Shown here piece by piece: positions 49,273-63,060 of a DNA stretch of 64,000 bases. The notes under the pieces were generated by a model. It saw only the letters and a program-made list of their open reading frames with translations. It did no database searches and was not told the DNA's origin. The stretch covers positions 22,444,001 through 22,508,000 of the forward strand of contig CM060731.1 of NCBI GenBank assembly GCA_030704615.1. The letters are read 5' to 3'. How positions within the stretch are numbered: position 1 is the first letter of the stretch; each line of letters starts with the position of its first letter. This DNA comes from Takakia lepidozioides (lineage: Eukaryota > Plantae > Bryophyta). A program made the translations under genes and the position numbers.

Positions 49273-52200
49273 TTACCTACATAACAAGGGCTCCTCAATT
49301 GGTTTTATCGTGACTTGGCCATCAAGGATTGGCTGAATCTTAAGGGACTGTGATTTCAATCGACGGTCCTCACTTTGACCCCAGGTAACAAGATAAAGGC
49401 CTGCAAGAACCAGAATGCCTCCAAGCAAACTGTGCACCCACCCAGCCCATCCTCCCTTTCAGCACAGACATAACATTGATCAAATCGGAGTATGTGGAAG
49501 CAATGTTACAATCAACACAAGGGAAAAAAAGTGAGAATGATACAGCAAATGATCTGCATAACTTATAGCATGTCCTTGACCCAACATAAGCTTCTGCCCC
49601 GTGGACTTTGTCATTGCTGTTCCCATTCGAAGTTGGGAATTTTTGTGGCGTACTTACCCAAGAAACTGGTAGCCAGTTTGGTGAAGAATACATTTTCTGG
49701 CTACGTCAAGTTTCGGATAACTGAAGAACGAGACTTGCATTTATAGCACTTATGTGGCAAAGATATTTTGAAATCAACGGTGAAACTACTGCTTGCAGAC
49801 TCTGGCCAAAGTTGCACATTATAGCTCATCTAGAAAGGACAGTTTAAAAAAAGGAAATAAATCTTGCCTGCCCAAGTAATAGTTGTCTCGAAGAAAGATG
49901 AGTGAGAGAATTGTTGCAAAGAAAGTCTGCAGAGGAGCATACAGTGTCACCAGGATGGGTCCAACCCTTTGGACAGACCATACCACAAGTGACAGATTGA
50001 GTGCTGAATTAATAAACCCCTGCAGCGGCAACAGACAATCCATCAAATGTATGCAAATGGAATACTAGCTTCAATACACAAACAACCACTACAAAAGTTC
50101 GACCAACAGAACAACAGCAGCAAACAAACAAGAACAGGCAGACCATACAGCTACTGGCCAGGACTACTGTCAACAGAGCCCTGAGGTCGAAGGGCCTCAT
50201 GCAGGTAGATGCGGTAGAGTGCATCAGAGCATATTTGTTAGCCACATCAGACATATGCGACCTATCAATTTTTTTTTCACAGCTGGGCTAACTCACTGTA
50301 GAGAAGCAGGTTACTTTGAACTTCAGCCCAGTGCCCAACATGGGAGGATCGGCATGGAAGCTGGACGTTCATCAAATGCTGTGAAGACGCTCCAGCTGCC
50401 TCTCTCTCTTTCCCAGCTCAAACTTGGCAAGCCCAAAAATGCCGGTCCGCCCTCTCTCTCTCCCCCCTCTCTCTCTGCCCCCTCTCTCATTCTCCTTCGG
50501 CTACGCAAATATCGTGTTATGACTAGATTCTACTTAGGCTACGGAAAACAACATTGTTATGACTACATTGTTTCATTCTCCTTGGGTTTTCATGGATGTC
50601 CTGAAGTCCTCTCTTCTCCTTCTCACTCAATCTGTAGTTTAGGTCCATTTAGCCCTTGGATGTTCTACACTTTAATTGTTTCTCCTATTCCCTCTGTCTG
50701 CATCACCATCAACATATGAAGGTCTGTAACCTGCAGCGCATACAAAGAACAAGAAGTGCTCATTGAAAGGTACATTCTTAAGTAGGGGAATAGGCGTACC
50801 GCATATGTAACTGCAATGAGGCTAGATCTTTGGGTAATTGCCCAATCTTGCGGGTTCTTCACCACAAAGAGCCCGGTGACAAGCAGTAGAGTGCCAGCAA
50901 TAAGATAGGCCAATGCTGTCACAGAGACTGGTGCCGGATATATCTTGAGTATTGGCGGCTGAAGATTGCAATGATGACATCATATTTGTTAGTAAAAGAT
51001 TGCTCAATTGCTGGAGACACCTGGAGGCTCATAGAGACAGAAAAGTATCGACTGGACTGTTGCTATAGCCTCGACAACAGAGTCACCTCCCTCAGAGGGT
51101 GCAGAAGAAAGCGGGGGAAGATGATAGCATTGTAAATGGATGTGCATCATGCTTCCAGTGGAGCCCAGTTGGGGGAAGTACGGCAGGGGGTGAGGAGAGA
51201 GCCAAATCTGGGATACTCTCATTGATTTTGCATCCCCTCCATTGTGGAACTTACTGATGGAAGAGAGGGGAATGTGGCCTTACAGATCTAAATCAGAAAG
51301 CAGCACTTTGCCACAACTTAATTTCATTCCAAATTGAGTCAGAGTATTTAGTTTGCAAGGGAGAACGTGAAGGGCAAACCTGAAGGTTAATGTAGACAGC
51401 ACAGGAGAAACAGTTGAGAATTAAACAGAGTGACCCAAATCTCCATGAATCTAGTTGAAAGCCCAATATAGATGACTTCATCACTTCAGTTGTTGCTGTT
51501 CCCCACATTTGTTGGCTAAAGAGTAAAGACCCAGGCATAGCTGTTGATAGCCCACGGCTTACAAGAGCTGGTCCCTTGTAGAGAGACATCAGCAATGCCC
51601 CAGCCAGACATGTCACAATTCCTAGAACTTGAGCTTGACCGTCACACCTTGTAAAGTGGATTATCTCGACTCTGCAAAACTCTTACATGTATGATGAGTG
51701 TACGTAACCAAGTCCATCCTATCCCTTCCCTTCTTCAAGCCCTATACAAGTTTCAAAACCATCTTGACTCCTTACGTATCACACATCTGAATACCATGTG
51801 AGCAACCCAGGGAAAAGAAAGAAAGAACTTTCATAGCATCCTCTAAAGTGAGAGAAGGAAAGAAAACAACTTTACAATGTCCAAGGGAAGCTTAAAGAGA
51901 CAGGCCCCAGGAAAACAGAAAATGAGATAGAAAAGAAAGATGGGGCCTCCGGCCACCACAACCTATCTTGTCTAGCACAAGCAGGACAACCACACTAAGT
52001 TTATCCCATCTTTCAGTCTCAATCCTCAGGCTATATGAACTCACCCTGAATCGTCCCAATGCCCCAAGAAGAGAGGGAGAGCAAAGTAAAAAACAAGATT
52101 CTGTCCTGCTTAGGACAAGGATGGCATCACAATAGAACTGTGACTTAATTGTGAGGGGTGTCACTGCTTTCCAGGTCTGCTTGACGTGGACTTCCTTCAG

Positions 52201-53883
52201 CACTTGCCTGACAGGTCTGTTCCTCTCATGCACTGGAAAAACAATTCCTCGCGTCCTGCGTTTTAGGCAGCAGGGATGCTGCAGACAGGCTTGTGTTGTT
52301 CGAAGAAAGTGGAAATGCCGGAATACCAACATGTGTGCTTGAGCCAGCTGCTTTGAATCTCATAGAAGTTGTGAGGGCATGGACTGGTAACCACTGGTGT
52401 GGGAGAGATGGCAATCTTGTCAAGAAGATTGTGAGGTGCACAAGAGACAGAGGCGGAGGAAAACTCTCTGACATTGACAGAGGCCCACAAGGGCCCATTG
52501 TAGCACAAACCAAGAACTACTTCAGGCTACATCAGGCGTCACTCCAAGCCAAAGTGTCTCGGGCAGTAGATTGTATGCCTCAAATGTGAGAGAGAAAGAG
52601 GGAGAGATGTTTGTTTTGTCCAGGGGAAAGAGGGAGAGCAAACTGGTTTGACTGTTCGGGCTATGCCATACAAGTAATATATGTGGGTTATCCACCCTTC
52701 TCGAATTGCAACCAGGAGGTTTACCAGCACTCTCACCAGACTGAATTTCCCTTCTATACTTCCGGGTCACAAACCTGTATCCAAAGTACAGGGCCATACA
52801 AGCTGAAGGTGCATAAACCCTGAGGTGTTGAAATTCTTTGACAGATTTGAAAGACTCGCTAGACTCTGGACTGACCACAATAGTTCGAATATCTGGGTTA
52901 TAAAACCTGAAAGTTACCTGAAGAGGACACCAATTAGAAAAGTAAAAACCGGTGTGGAGTTTATAATCGCTGAGGCGAACACAGGGGATGTGCGGGACAA
53001 GCCTTCAAGAGATAACACTTGGAATGCATATATCCTGAACCCTCCATGATGGACCGTTTCTCTCAGATCATACATTAAAGTGTACATAAAAGAATGATTC
53101 AGAAGGAGAGGTTGTCTCGAGAAGGCATAGAAGGACACTTCTGTGTGATAGGTCTGAAAGGCTTGAGACAGAGGGTATTTATGGCCACAAGGCTATGGAA
53201 AGCACTTAAGTTTCAGTGTGACTATACAATCCCTCGCTCTCTTCCTCACTAAATGTGTGCCCACAAGGCCATATTGTCGAGTGTCAACATGTCCATAGTA
53301 ATAGATGAGGTGTTGAGTATGTATTTCGGAACAGTATCTCTTTCTTCACTAGTTCCCCTTACGTCGCGCAAACTCTAGAACTAATGTGCCCGTCAAATGC
53401 CAGAAAACATTTCAAATGCGACTGACCCGGTGCCGCTCACTAAAAGCTGAAGGAACAGGGTGGGAGTAATTGATGTGCGTTGCCCTCTGCACATGTGAAA
53501 AACCAAATTCCTCAAATTCAGCTGCCAATGAGGAGGCAAAAGATGAATTACTTGCGAAGCTGTGTAGCATGAACATCTTTCGTCTTTCAATCTGACTTAA
53601 GTGTAGATCTGAAAACAGTTCAACTTGACTTGATTGAACGTACACACCTTTCAGAAAAGAAAGCAATGGGACCCAGAATCGCCACCGCAATAACATCGCG
53701 ATAGGTTGCAAATACGAAGGTGTTGACTCCGGTGCTGAGAGCAATCTTGGTGAGCACACAGTATCCAGCACAGAACAGCTGCACAATCACCAATATAATA
53801 GCCACCTTCCCTCGTCCTCCGTCCACCAATACCCTTCCGTTGCTGCTGCCTGCTGCCATCCTCAAGCTTGCAGCTGCCCTCAT
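49273..53883 (-). CDS. WAT1-related / UMAMIT (nodulin MtN21, EamA) transporter, 7 exons, ~390 aa
   Basis: Exons 53648-53883, 53427-53486, 52918-53034, 51380-51671, 50800-50958, 49868-50019 and 49273-49429 total 1173 nt in frame; motifs VFATYRDVIA, SPVFASAIINSTPVFTF, GPILVTLYAPLQT, GLYLVTWGQ; intron 6 has a GC donor (CAG|GCAAG). Confidence 0.9.
51900..52880 (-). mobile_element. Degenerate LINE 3' fragment in intron 3 of the WAT1-like gene
   Basis: ALGRFRVSSYSLRIETERW resembles the C-terminal region of L2/RTEX-type ORF2. Confidence 0.55.
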
Positions 53884-54894
53884 CACACTTCAAGAGAACA
53901 TCTCAAAATTGCACATACTTAAAGCCCACACTCATGCTTGCTCACCGTCACGCCCCACTCACTTCCACCCTCCTTGACTGTGACTCCTGTTAGCTTGAGC
54001 CCCAAGAGATTCCCTGGCCAGGGCTGGTCCCTGCCCTCTACTCCTGGCGTGTACTGCAGCCAAGGCTGCCTAAGGTCTACTGTTGGTACATTAAGGTCTA
54101 TTTGTGTACATTAGCACAATGCCATATGTACGCTCCCAAAACGTACATATATGTTCCCCAAATAACCTTCATGCCCAAAACTCCAGCAGCAGCGATACTT
54201 TGACAAGTTCCAGGATGGAGGAGTGCTAGTGTGGGTTCAACATTATTCATGCAAGTGATAGTGGGCTCCATTGGACTCTACACATCCTTGCCTCTGAAAA
54301 TAGTATACAGGTACATCCCTGTGCATAAGACTCAAAAGCAAGGTTAAGGAATGACTTCAATTTTCAGGGACTACTATGGGTTCGATTGCTATTTTGCTGT
54401 TCTATGAGCAAAGGGGGGAGGGAGGGGGGGAGGGTGGGGGGGGGGGGGGTTTTGACTAGGGTTTGCCGACTTTATTCACTTTATTCAAACGGAAGTGGCC
54501 TCACTGATTCTATGTGCAATTGGTGCTCATGGATTTCAAGACCATTTTTGTGCATCATGCAATCCAAGCAAGTTCCGCGTTGTTTCTTTTGGGAAAGTAT
54601 GGGGGTTTTGGCTTGGGAGGTAGCATATGCTTCAAATTTGCTTTTGAAGCCTATTGCTATTGAAAGAGGTGGCTCCAGCATTAATTTCAATATTATGGAA
54701 GCTTGAGCTTTTTTATTTTAGGGAAAGGTGTGCTTCCAAGCATAGGCTAAAAGCATATACTCGTGTAAGAGTAGTTCCCAACTAGATATTGAACTTCCCA
54801 GGAGTTTCAAACCACTAAAGTATAGAAAAGTAGCACGCATTATCTCACATATGTCTCTCACCCTTTGCAATAATCGACCGTTCTTCGTGTCCCT

Positions 54895-55330
54895 CATGCA
54901 ATGATTCACCAAGAAGGTCCAAAAGACATATTTATCTCACACCCAAAAACAAAATACCAAACAAATACGAAGAGGGCACAGAAGAGGGAGTCCAAGGCCA
55001 AAAGGCTTTGGCAGCTACGTCAATCAAATCAACAAGCACATCTCTCTGTCTCCTTCACAAGGACACACACAATCAGGAAAGAGCAAGAGCACGCCTTGTA
55101 CGATAGCACTTGCTTTCATGCAATGATTCACCGCCAAAAGACATATTTATCTCACACCCAAAAACAAAATAGCAAACAAATACAAAGAGGGCACAGAAGA
55201 GGGAGTCCAAGGCCAAAAGGCTTTGGCAGCTACGTCAATCAAATCAACAAGCACATCTCTCTGTCTCCTTCACAGGGACACACACAATCAGGAAAGAGCA
55301 AGAGCACGTCTTGTACAATAGCACTTGCTT
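54895..55330. repeat. Tandem duplication of a ~220-bp unit
   Basis: catgcaatgattcacc...gagcaagagcacg occurs twice. Confidence 0.85.
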
Positions 55331-57519
55331 GACACATCTTGGCTTGCATGAGTCCTCAACATCAAGTTTCAGATCAATTGACTGTTCTTCCACTACCTCT
55401 TCTGCTAATTCACATTTTTTCTTTCCTCAGCTGAATCCTCTGCAGGAGTTTCTTTTGCCTCCACCACCTCGCCACTTTCCACGGGAGAATCATTTACATG
55501 AGATCCCTAAGCGGTTCTTGTGCGTCGTTGGACCTGCCATCAGCGTGCGAACACGAATCCAGTTGAAATTCAAGATGAAAACTAAGGAGGAGCGTGGGAG
55601 AACATTCCGAGCATCTCGGTTTGGATTTATGGTAGTACACAAAGGTTTTTGGTATATGGTAGTAATGGTTTAGGGTACTAAGGGTCTGGCTTAAGCCTAT
55701 GGAAGGGTTCAGGGAAGGGTAAAGCGAAGGGTAAGGGTTTAGGGGTGATGGTAAAGGTATTGTCAAGTTATTTTACCACTAGTGTGAAACTAGCTAGGAA
55801 ATAGCTAGCTTTTACATATTGACATTTGGGATTGGCCCAAGTGTCAATCCAGGGGTCAAGGCAGATTTAGGCCCTGGAGTGGTTATCTTCACGGCAAGCG
55901 CATGAGGCTCATCTTTCTCGAGTTGAGCCTCACCGCGCCTAGCTATGGCGCCGTAGTGTGGATTCCCCATGGCGTGGGGTGCACTTGGCTTGACTTGTAT
56001 TTGAGTGATGAGGTTATATATGCATGAGTTTATGCTTCAGCTTTGTGAGCTCGCATGAGCTTGTGCTTGTATCCTTCATCTTTATCACTCGAGAAAGATC
56101 AGCTCGTATCTATGAGTGCTAGATACGAGTTAGTTGTAGCACTTGTGGTTTTTGCTTGAGATTGAGAGAAACCAAGTTGTTATGCAAGGAGCACCATGGA
56201 GCTCTTGGTTGTTAGAAGCGGAGGCGATGTGGGTTACGAGGTGGTAGACCTTGGCATTCGATCTTCAGCTTCAGAGATGAAAGCACCATGCTGCAGGTAA
56301 TTCCAGAGCACCTTGATGGTTTCAGATTGTGTACATGCATGAGCAAGCACGATTGGGAAGAGGACCAGTCAAGAGCAAGTTATAGTGGCTTTGGTGGCAA
56401 AGCTGAGAACTGGACTTGGGAATGCGAGCTTTCATTGTGTGAAGGATTGCAAGACCAAGCGAAAGGGCTGATTTGACTTGGGGCAAATCAATGCACTTTG
56501 TGGAGTATGGTGAGATTGGGTTTCAATCTCGAGCTTCAGCATTGAGAGGGCTCTTGTCATGGCAAGAGCAGGGCTGGAACAGGAGCTAAGAGGTGCGGCA
56601 AGGCCATGGAATGTGCACCTAGGGTTTCAGAGCTCGGAAGAAGAGCTCTTGCACCACAAGAGAAGTGTCTTGTGGCTGGAAATGTAAGCCTTAGGGTTTC
56701 AGGAGCTTGGCAAAGGCTGTGGAGTGCTTAGTCTTGTCTTAGAGAGCATCAAGGAGCCAAAGAGCCAAGATAGGGGGCTGATATCTCTTGTGTGAAGAGG
56801 TTGCATGTGTGGAGCATGTATTCAGCTCATTGAAGCTTCCATCTTCAAGCTTGGAGGGCAAGCAAGGAAGAGGGAAGGGGCTGGTTTCCCTGTAGGGCAT
56901 GTAGAGCATGCTTTCAGCCTGCTGAAGCTTGTATTTTCAGGTTTGTGGGTGCAAGAAATGAAGCAAATGAGCTGATTCTCTTATGGTGAGAGTGGGGCAT
57001 GTGTGGAGCATGCCTTCAGCCCATTGAGGCTCTTGTTTTCAAGCCTTAGAGAGCTAGAACGGAAGGTCTAGGGCTGGTTTCCACTTGGAGTGAAAGAAAA
57101 GCACGTGTAGGGCCTATGTGAGTTGGGGTTTCAACTTCAAGCTTGAAGGGAGCGCAACTCTTGAAGCAACAGGTGTAGAGGGCTGGAATAGGCTCCAAGA
57201 CAGATGCTATGGCCAATGAGAGTGCTTGAATGAATGCTCACAAGGGCTGGGAACCAGCAGGGCTTGGTTGTTTGCCATTGAGTTTAGTGGCGTGTTTGGG
57301 GAGGCTAAGTGAGAAAGAAGGCTTGGTTTGTGGCAACCACCTCATGGCTTAGGGCTACTATGGTGGTGTGTGGGAGCCGAAAGAGCAAGGATACCTTGCT
57401 GATTTCCTCACAGCCACCATAGCTCGGTGGAAAGAAGCCTAGAGTCCAAGAGACACAAACCCTAGCTTGGCGTGGCTAAACCCCTTGGAGAAATGGCTAA
57501 ACTGCCAGAGCGGCCATGT

Positions 57520-58445
57520 GATGGGCTGTGACAGGCTGTGCCCTGTGCCCTGTGGAGCTGTGACGGGCTGTGATGGGCTGTGACGGGCTGTGACAGGCTG
57601 TGATGGGCTGTGATGGGCTGTGATGGGCTGTGCCCTGTGCCCTTTGGGGCTGTGACGGGCTGTGTCAGGCTGTGACAGGTTGTGCCCAGTGGCCTTTGGG
57701 GCTGTGACGGGCTGTGCGGGGCTGTGACAGGCTGTGCCCTGAGGCCTGTGGGGCTGTGACGGGCTGTGACAGGCTGTGCCCATGGCCTTTGGGGCTGTGA
57801 CGGGTTGTGACAGGCTGTGATGGGCTGTGACAGGCTGTGCCCTGTGCCCTGTGGGGCTGTGACGGGCTGTGTCAGGCTGTGACAGGCTGTGCCCAGTGGC
57901 CTTTGGGGCTGTGACGGGCTGTGCGGGCTGTGACAGGCTGTGCCCATGGCCTTTGGGGCTGTGACGGGCTGTGAGGGGCTGTGACATGCCGTGCCCATGG
58001 CCTTTGGGGCTGTGACGGGCTGTGACGGGCTGTGACGGGCTGTGACATGCCGTGCCCATGGCCTTTGGGGCTGTGACGGGCTGTGAGGGGCTGTGACAGG
58101 CCGTGCCTGAGGCCTTTGAGGCTGTGACGGGCTGTGAGGGGCTGTGACATGCCGTGCCTGAGGCCTTTGGGGCTGTGACGGGCTATGAGGGGCTGTGACA
58201 GGCCGTGCCTGAGGCCTTTGAGGCTGTGAGGGGCTGTGAGGGGCTGTGACAGGCCGTGCCTGAGGCCTTTGAGGCTGTGACGGGCTGTGAGGGGCTGTGA
58301 CAGGCCGTGCCTGAGGCCTTTGGGGCTGTGACAGGCTGTGAGGGGCTGTGACAGGCCGTGCCTGAGGCCTTTGAGGCTGTGACAGGCTGTTAGGGGCTGC
58401 GACAGGCTGTGCCCAGTGGCCTGTGGGACTGTGACGGCTGTGACC
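57520..58445. repeat. GC-rich 10-mer (GGGCTGTGAC-like) tandem array with higher-order units, in the leader of D
   Basis: Visible tandem gggctgtgac/aggctgtgac, interspersed with gcccatggcctttg and gcctgaggcctttg. Confidence 0.95.
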
Positions 58446-59181
58446 AGTGAGCTGTGTGGGCCTGTGCTGGTCTGTGGTGGCCCGTATTGACCTGTGGACG
58501 GCCTGTGCTGACTCGTGGAGGCACTGGTGGACTGCCTAAGGACTGGCATGTGGTCTGGAAGGTCAAATTTTGAAGCTCGTGGAGGGCGGTTTGAGGAGTA
58601 TCTTCATGATATTCCCATGGTCATGCAAGTGAGGGTAGAGAGGAGAGGCAGAGTGTTGGGATGAGAGCATGCTGGGGTTAGGCATTGCTTTAGCTTCTCT
58701 TCCTCGTAGTTTCCACCCTCTCATTAGGCCAAGACCTTTCCGTAGGTGGAGGCAAGAGTCAGTCCGGGTTTGGGCTGGGGTGTCCTTGCAGGAGCAACAC
58801 CGTGGAGTTGTTTTTGGTGTGGGGGAGTTGTCGATCTGATTTCTTGTGTTTGGATCCCCTCCATACCTGCATGCTTGACTGTGCGCCATGCTAGTTTTGT
58901 GTGGGCGCTTGTTTTTATAGGTGATTGGTCCGGATTTGATCACCGGCTAGTCCTAGAGCATGCTGTCGATGGTGAGACTGGGGTGATGACCAGCCAGACC
59001 ATCATTGTTTCTCCTGTGGTGAGGTTGGAGGTGATGACCAACCAACCATAGGAGTGTTTGCGGTGGATGCAGGTACAGGTGTAGGCTATGTTAGGAACTT
59101 AGTATTCCAAACCATAAGCCGCAACAGGTTCTCTACCCGGTTACCTTGTGGAGAGGGGGTTAGGGACATGTTCATGACCGG

Positions 59182-61848
59182 TTGAGTGTCAACACGGAGG
59201 TGCCACTAGTTGCTGGGGACAGTGCCGGTTCGAGCACTAGCGATACTAGTGGGTACACGAGACGAGGTGTGCGGTTTAGGCCACCTTCACCTCCTGTGTC
59301 TTCCACGGAAGGTTCTGATTCGGATTGTGAATCAGGAGGACTCATACCGGCGGTGCAAGTTGTTTCTTTGCCATTGTTGTGGGACACAATGGAGGAGATG
59401 TATGGAGCTACCAAGGGGCCACGAAGGTACTCTGGGGCGGTGGGCACCATCGAGTTGGATGATTTTATCCAAGAGTTTGATAGTTGGTGTGATTTGCAGC
59501 AAATGCGCAATCCACAACTATTTACGCCTTTCATGGCATGGAAGGGGCTGTTTCAGCACCTTGAGGGGCCGCCTATGGATGATTACCATGAGTTCAGGCG
59601 GGGGCATGAGGTTGAGATCGAGGAGTGGAGGATGTACTGGTCACCCGACTATGTCTCCATCACTAGGGGCACTAGAGCCACGAGGGCAGTGGCTACACCT
59701 GCCGCTGCACCGGCAGCTTCAGCAAGCAGCAGTGGGACTGGTGGTACAGTAGCTACGACGTCCACCCAAGCCACTACCGCACCAGCACTAGCACCCGTGC
59801 CTGCCTTCAACCCTGTTGTGGAGTTCTTCGAAGAGTTGAGAGGGAACTACCAAGGGGTGAGGACAGAGAAGTTGCGGAGCTTGCAAGAGTTCCAACGGAA
59901 GCCGACCGAGAGCTTGAGGGAGGCTTTCACTCGCATGAGGCGCTTGATAAATGTAACCCAAGGGGTTACGGAAGCTCAGGCAGTCCAATTCTGGTATGGG
60001 ATATTGGACAAGGAGCTGAGGAGAAGGGTGCGGGATGCAACTCTCCTACAAGCGGCCCAACCCACCTTAGCAAATGTGTTTTTGCTGGCAGAGCGGATAG
60101 AGCTCAACATGGTGGAGGAACGAGTGGTCATGGTGGGATTTGCTAAGGAGACACCACGGGGTAGTGGTGCTCCTAGCCAACCACTACCTCAACGTGCTCA
60201 AGGCAACAAGGGGGCTCAGGTGAAGCTCAGGGAAGGGCAGAGAGGACCTCAGATGCAGGGGTCTCTCCCTTCATTTGCTGGCCAACAACGGGCGGATGTG
60301 GTGTGCTGGACATGTGGAGGACCCCATGTCAAGAAGGATTGTCCAGAGGGAGGCAAAGGGCCGGCACATGCACAGCCTGCACAGTTACAGTGTGGGCATT
60401 GTGGCAAACACGGGCATGGAGAGGCTCAGTGTTATGGTTTGCATCCTGAGTTGCGCCCAGGCCAGTTCCAAGGGAACAATGGTGGCCGGGGGCGAGGTGG
60501 AGCAGCCCAGAGAGGACGAGGTGGCCAGCCACGAGGCCAAGGGCAAGCTCAACGTGGCCAAGGACGCGGAGGTCAGGGTGTTGACCAAGGCATGGCCAAC
60601 CGGCTTCAGCAGCTAGAGCAGAGGCTCGCTGCCATGGCTACAGCTCAGGTGGTACCGGCTCTAAGGCCGGATGGTCCACCTCCTGCTCCTGAGGGAGGAG
60701 ATATGGGAGGCATGGGATTCATGTGTGGAGCAGCACTACCACTAGTGCAGGTGGAGTCTGCTGCAGCCGTGACTCGAGGAGCAGCACGAGTTCCTGAGCC
60801 ACGAGGTGCAGAGGTGGAGTTGGATCCACAGCGTGGGGAGGCAAGCCGTCAGGCTAGGCTTCCTCAGTCATTCACATTGGCGGAGACAGTGTCGACGCCA
60901 TCCATGGCACCTAGTTCTCGCCCGACTGTTACCGAGGCGGAGGTTACTATGCCATTGGGGAGAGCTACACGGGTAGCACCACTACCTAGTGTTGCCAAGG
61001 CTACGGCAGCTAGTGTGCTGCTAGGAGCGGCCACATCTGTGTGCCAGGCTCCATTGTTCTCGGCTACCATGATTGCGACGCCGGGGGTAAGACCAGCTGA
61101 GGTGTTCAGGCTGGCAGCTACACTCTGTGAGAGTGGGGAGGTTACTTCATCTTCTGCGGAGATAGTGGGAGGTGTAGTGCCGGAGGGATCCTCGGATTTG
61201 AGGGTCAAGACTGCCACGGCGGCGCCATGGCAAGCTGCAGCTGCCAGGTTGATGGAGCTGCCAGCTAGGCCAGCCATTGAGCGCGCCATGGTGACACCTG
61301 GAGTTGTCATGTTAGACAACCAGGATGGCATTTTCTGTTTGAGTGGACCGGCAGGCAAGAGGTACCGGCCACTGCGGGTCTTGTTGGACTCGGGAGCTCA
61401 GCCATTGATGCTGGGCAGAGCTGCTATTGCAGGCTTGGGCCTCACGGAGGCGTAAATGGAGCCTTGTCCTTTCCAGATACAGACGTCTCTGGGAGGATCG
61501 GAGCAGGCTCGGGGCATGACACGGCGTGAGTTGGCTATCAGACTACGGCCGGATCACCCTACAGATGGCTCAGTGATGCGAGCCAAGGCCATTGTGACAG
61601 ACGCAGTCTCATACGATGTCCTGGTTGGTGGGGCAGTGTTGTACCCCATGGGCTTCACCCTGGATTTTTGGGAGGAGTCAGCTTCCTATAGGCCTGCATG
61701 GCAGTCAGGGGAGGGCCGGCGTGTGCAGCTCCCTGTGACGTTCATAGGAGGAGTTGCGGTTGCCCAGCGAGGCAAGATGCCGACACTAGCAGCATTCACA
61801 GCGGCAGTGAGTTGGCCTAGAGAGTTGCTTGAGGGCAATGCTCATTAG
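59182..61848 (+). CDS. Element D Gag (two Zn knuckles, RGG-rich tract) and protease
   Basis: CWTCGGPHVKKDC, CGHCGKHGHGEAQC, GGRGRGG, VLLDSGAQ; stop at 61453-61455 where C has Asp. Confidence 0.9.
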
Positions 61849-62090
61849 AGGATGTACCACCTCCGGGAGAGCAGGATGACATGTATGGTATGGCGGAGTT
61901 GCCTACCATGGTTGCTCAGACTCCATTGTGGGGCACGAGCAAGGATTTGCAGCGGGATGCTGATCGACGGGTGCAACAAGCCTGGGTGGAGGCTTTTGTA
62001 CCGTCAGGAGAGGAGGAGAGTGTGGGGATTGCACCAGGACCACCTCAATTGTCTCCATTGGACACCACACCTATTGTGTGGCAGTATCCG

Positions 62091-63060
62091 GATGAAGGCA
62101 TTTGTCTTCTGGACTTGTTTGGCGGGATCAGCACCGGATTGGCTGCTGTGTTACAAGCAGGTGTACGAGTTTGGCGTTACCTGTATGTGGAGAGGGATGA
62201 GACTGCACGACGCGTTTCACTTCGCCATGTTGCTCAGTTGGTGCAGCGGTACCCTGAGTTGTTGTCGGTGTCTGCAATTCGTGGATATCAGCAGGCCTTG
62301 CCACAGACATTTCGTTGCTGGGGGCGCAGGATTTGGAGCGGGTTGGCTCCATTGATCTGGTAGTGGCAGGTTGGCCCTGCCAAGGGCATTCATCATCCGG
62401 GCATGGCAATGGATTGCGAGACTCGAGGTCGGGTCTGTTTTGGGAGATGGTGCGGGTTTTGCGCCACTTGCAGCTTCATCAAGCTGTATCTCCAGCATAC
62501 ATCTTGGAGAATGTGCCACTGATGGGCGATTCTCGGGCCAGGGTGATGGCCAGTGTGCATCAAGTCCGGTCGTGGCTTGGGTCAGCAGTGTTGCTAGATG
62601 CAGCTACAGTGGGGTCACGGGCTCATCGTCCACGGCTATGGTGGACTAACTTGATGCCACCCGCACTGCTCAAGCGTGCATTTGATGGGGTGCAGCGGCC
62701 AGCACATCTCACAGTGGATAACATTCTGGACACAGGGAGGCAGTCTCAGCGTGTGAGACACGATGACCGTTCGCCTTTGGCAGTGGTCAACAAGGTGGGT
62801 CAACCACGAGCAGCATTACCTACACTGCTCAGCTTCCCAGGATCGCATGCTTTCCGGGATAGTGGACCTGGCCTCCTGTGGGATGCTCAGTTGCAGCAGT
62901 TAGTGGAGCCTAATGCTGACGAGCGTGAGCGGGCAATGGGTTTTACCACTGGTACCACGGCGGTGTCGTCTCTTTCTGAGGCATCACGTCGTCAAGTGTT
63001 GGGGCAAGCAATGGATCTCAATTGCTTGACCTGGATTATCAGCTTGGCTCTGGCTGAGCA
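62091..63060 (+). CDS. C5 cytosine DNA methyltransferase domain of element D (one frameshift near 62310)
   Basis: Motif I LDLFGGISTG, II YVERD, IV AGWPCQ (PC at 62375-62380), VI LENV, VIII HRPR, IX/X ERERAMGF...LGQAM. Confidence 0.92.

Noticed and set aside
57439-58549. Long minus-strand ORFs (HSPSQPVTA repeats)
   Set aside because: By-products of the stop-free 10-mer array
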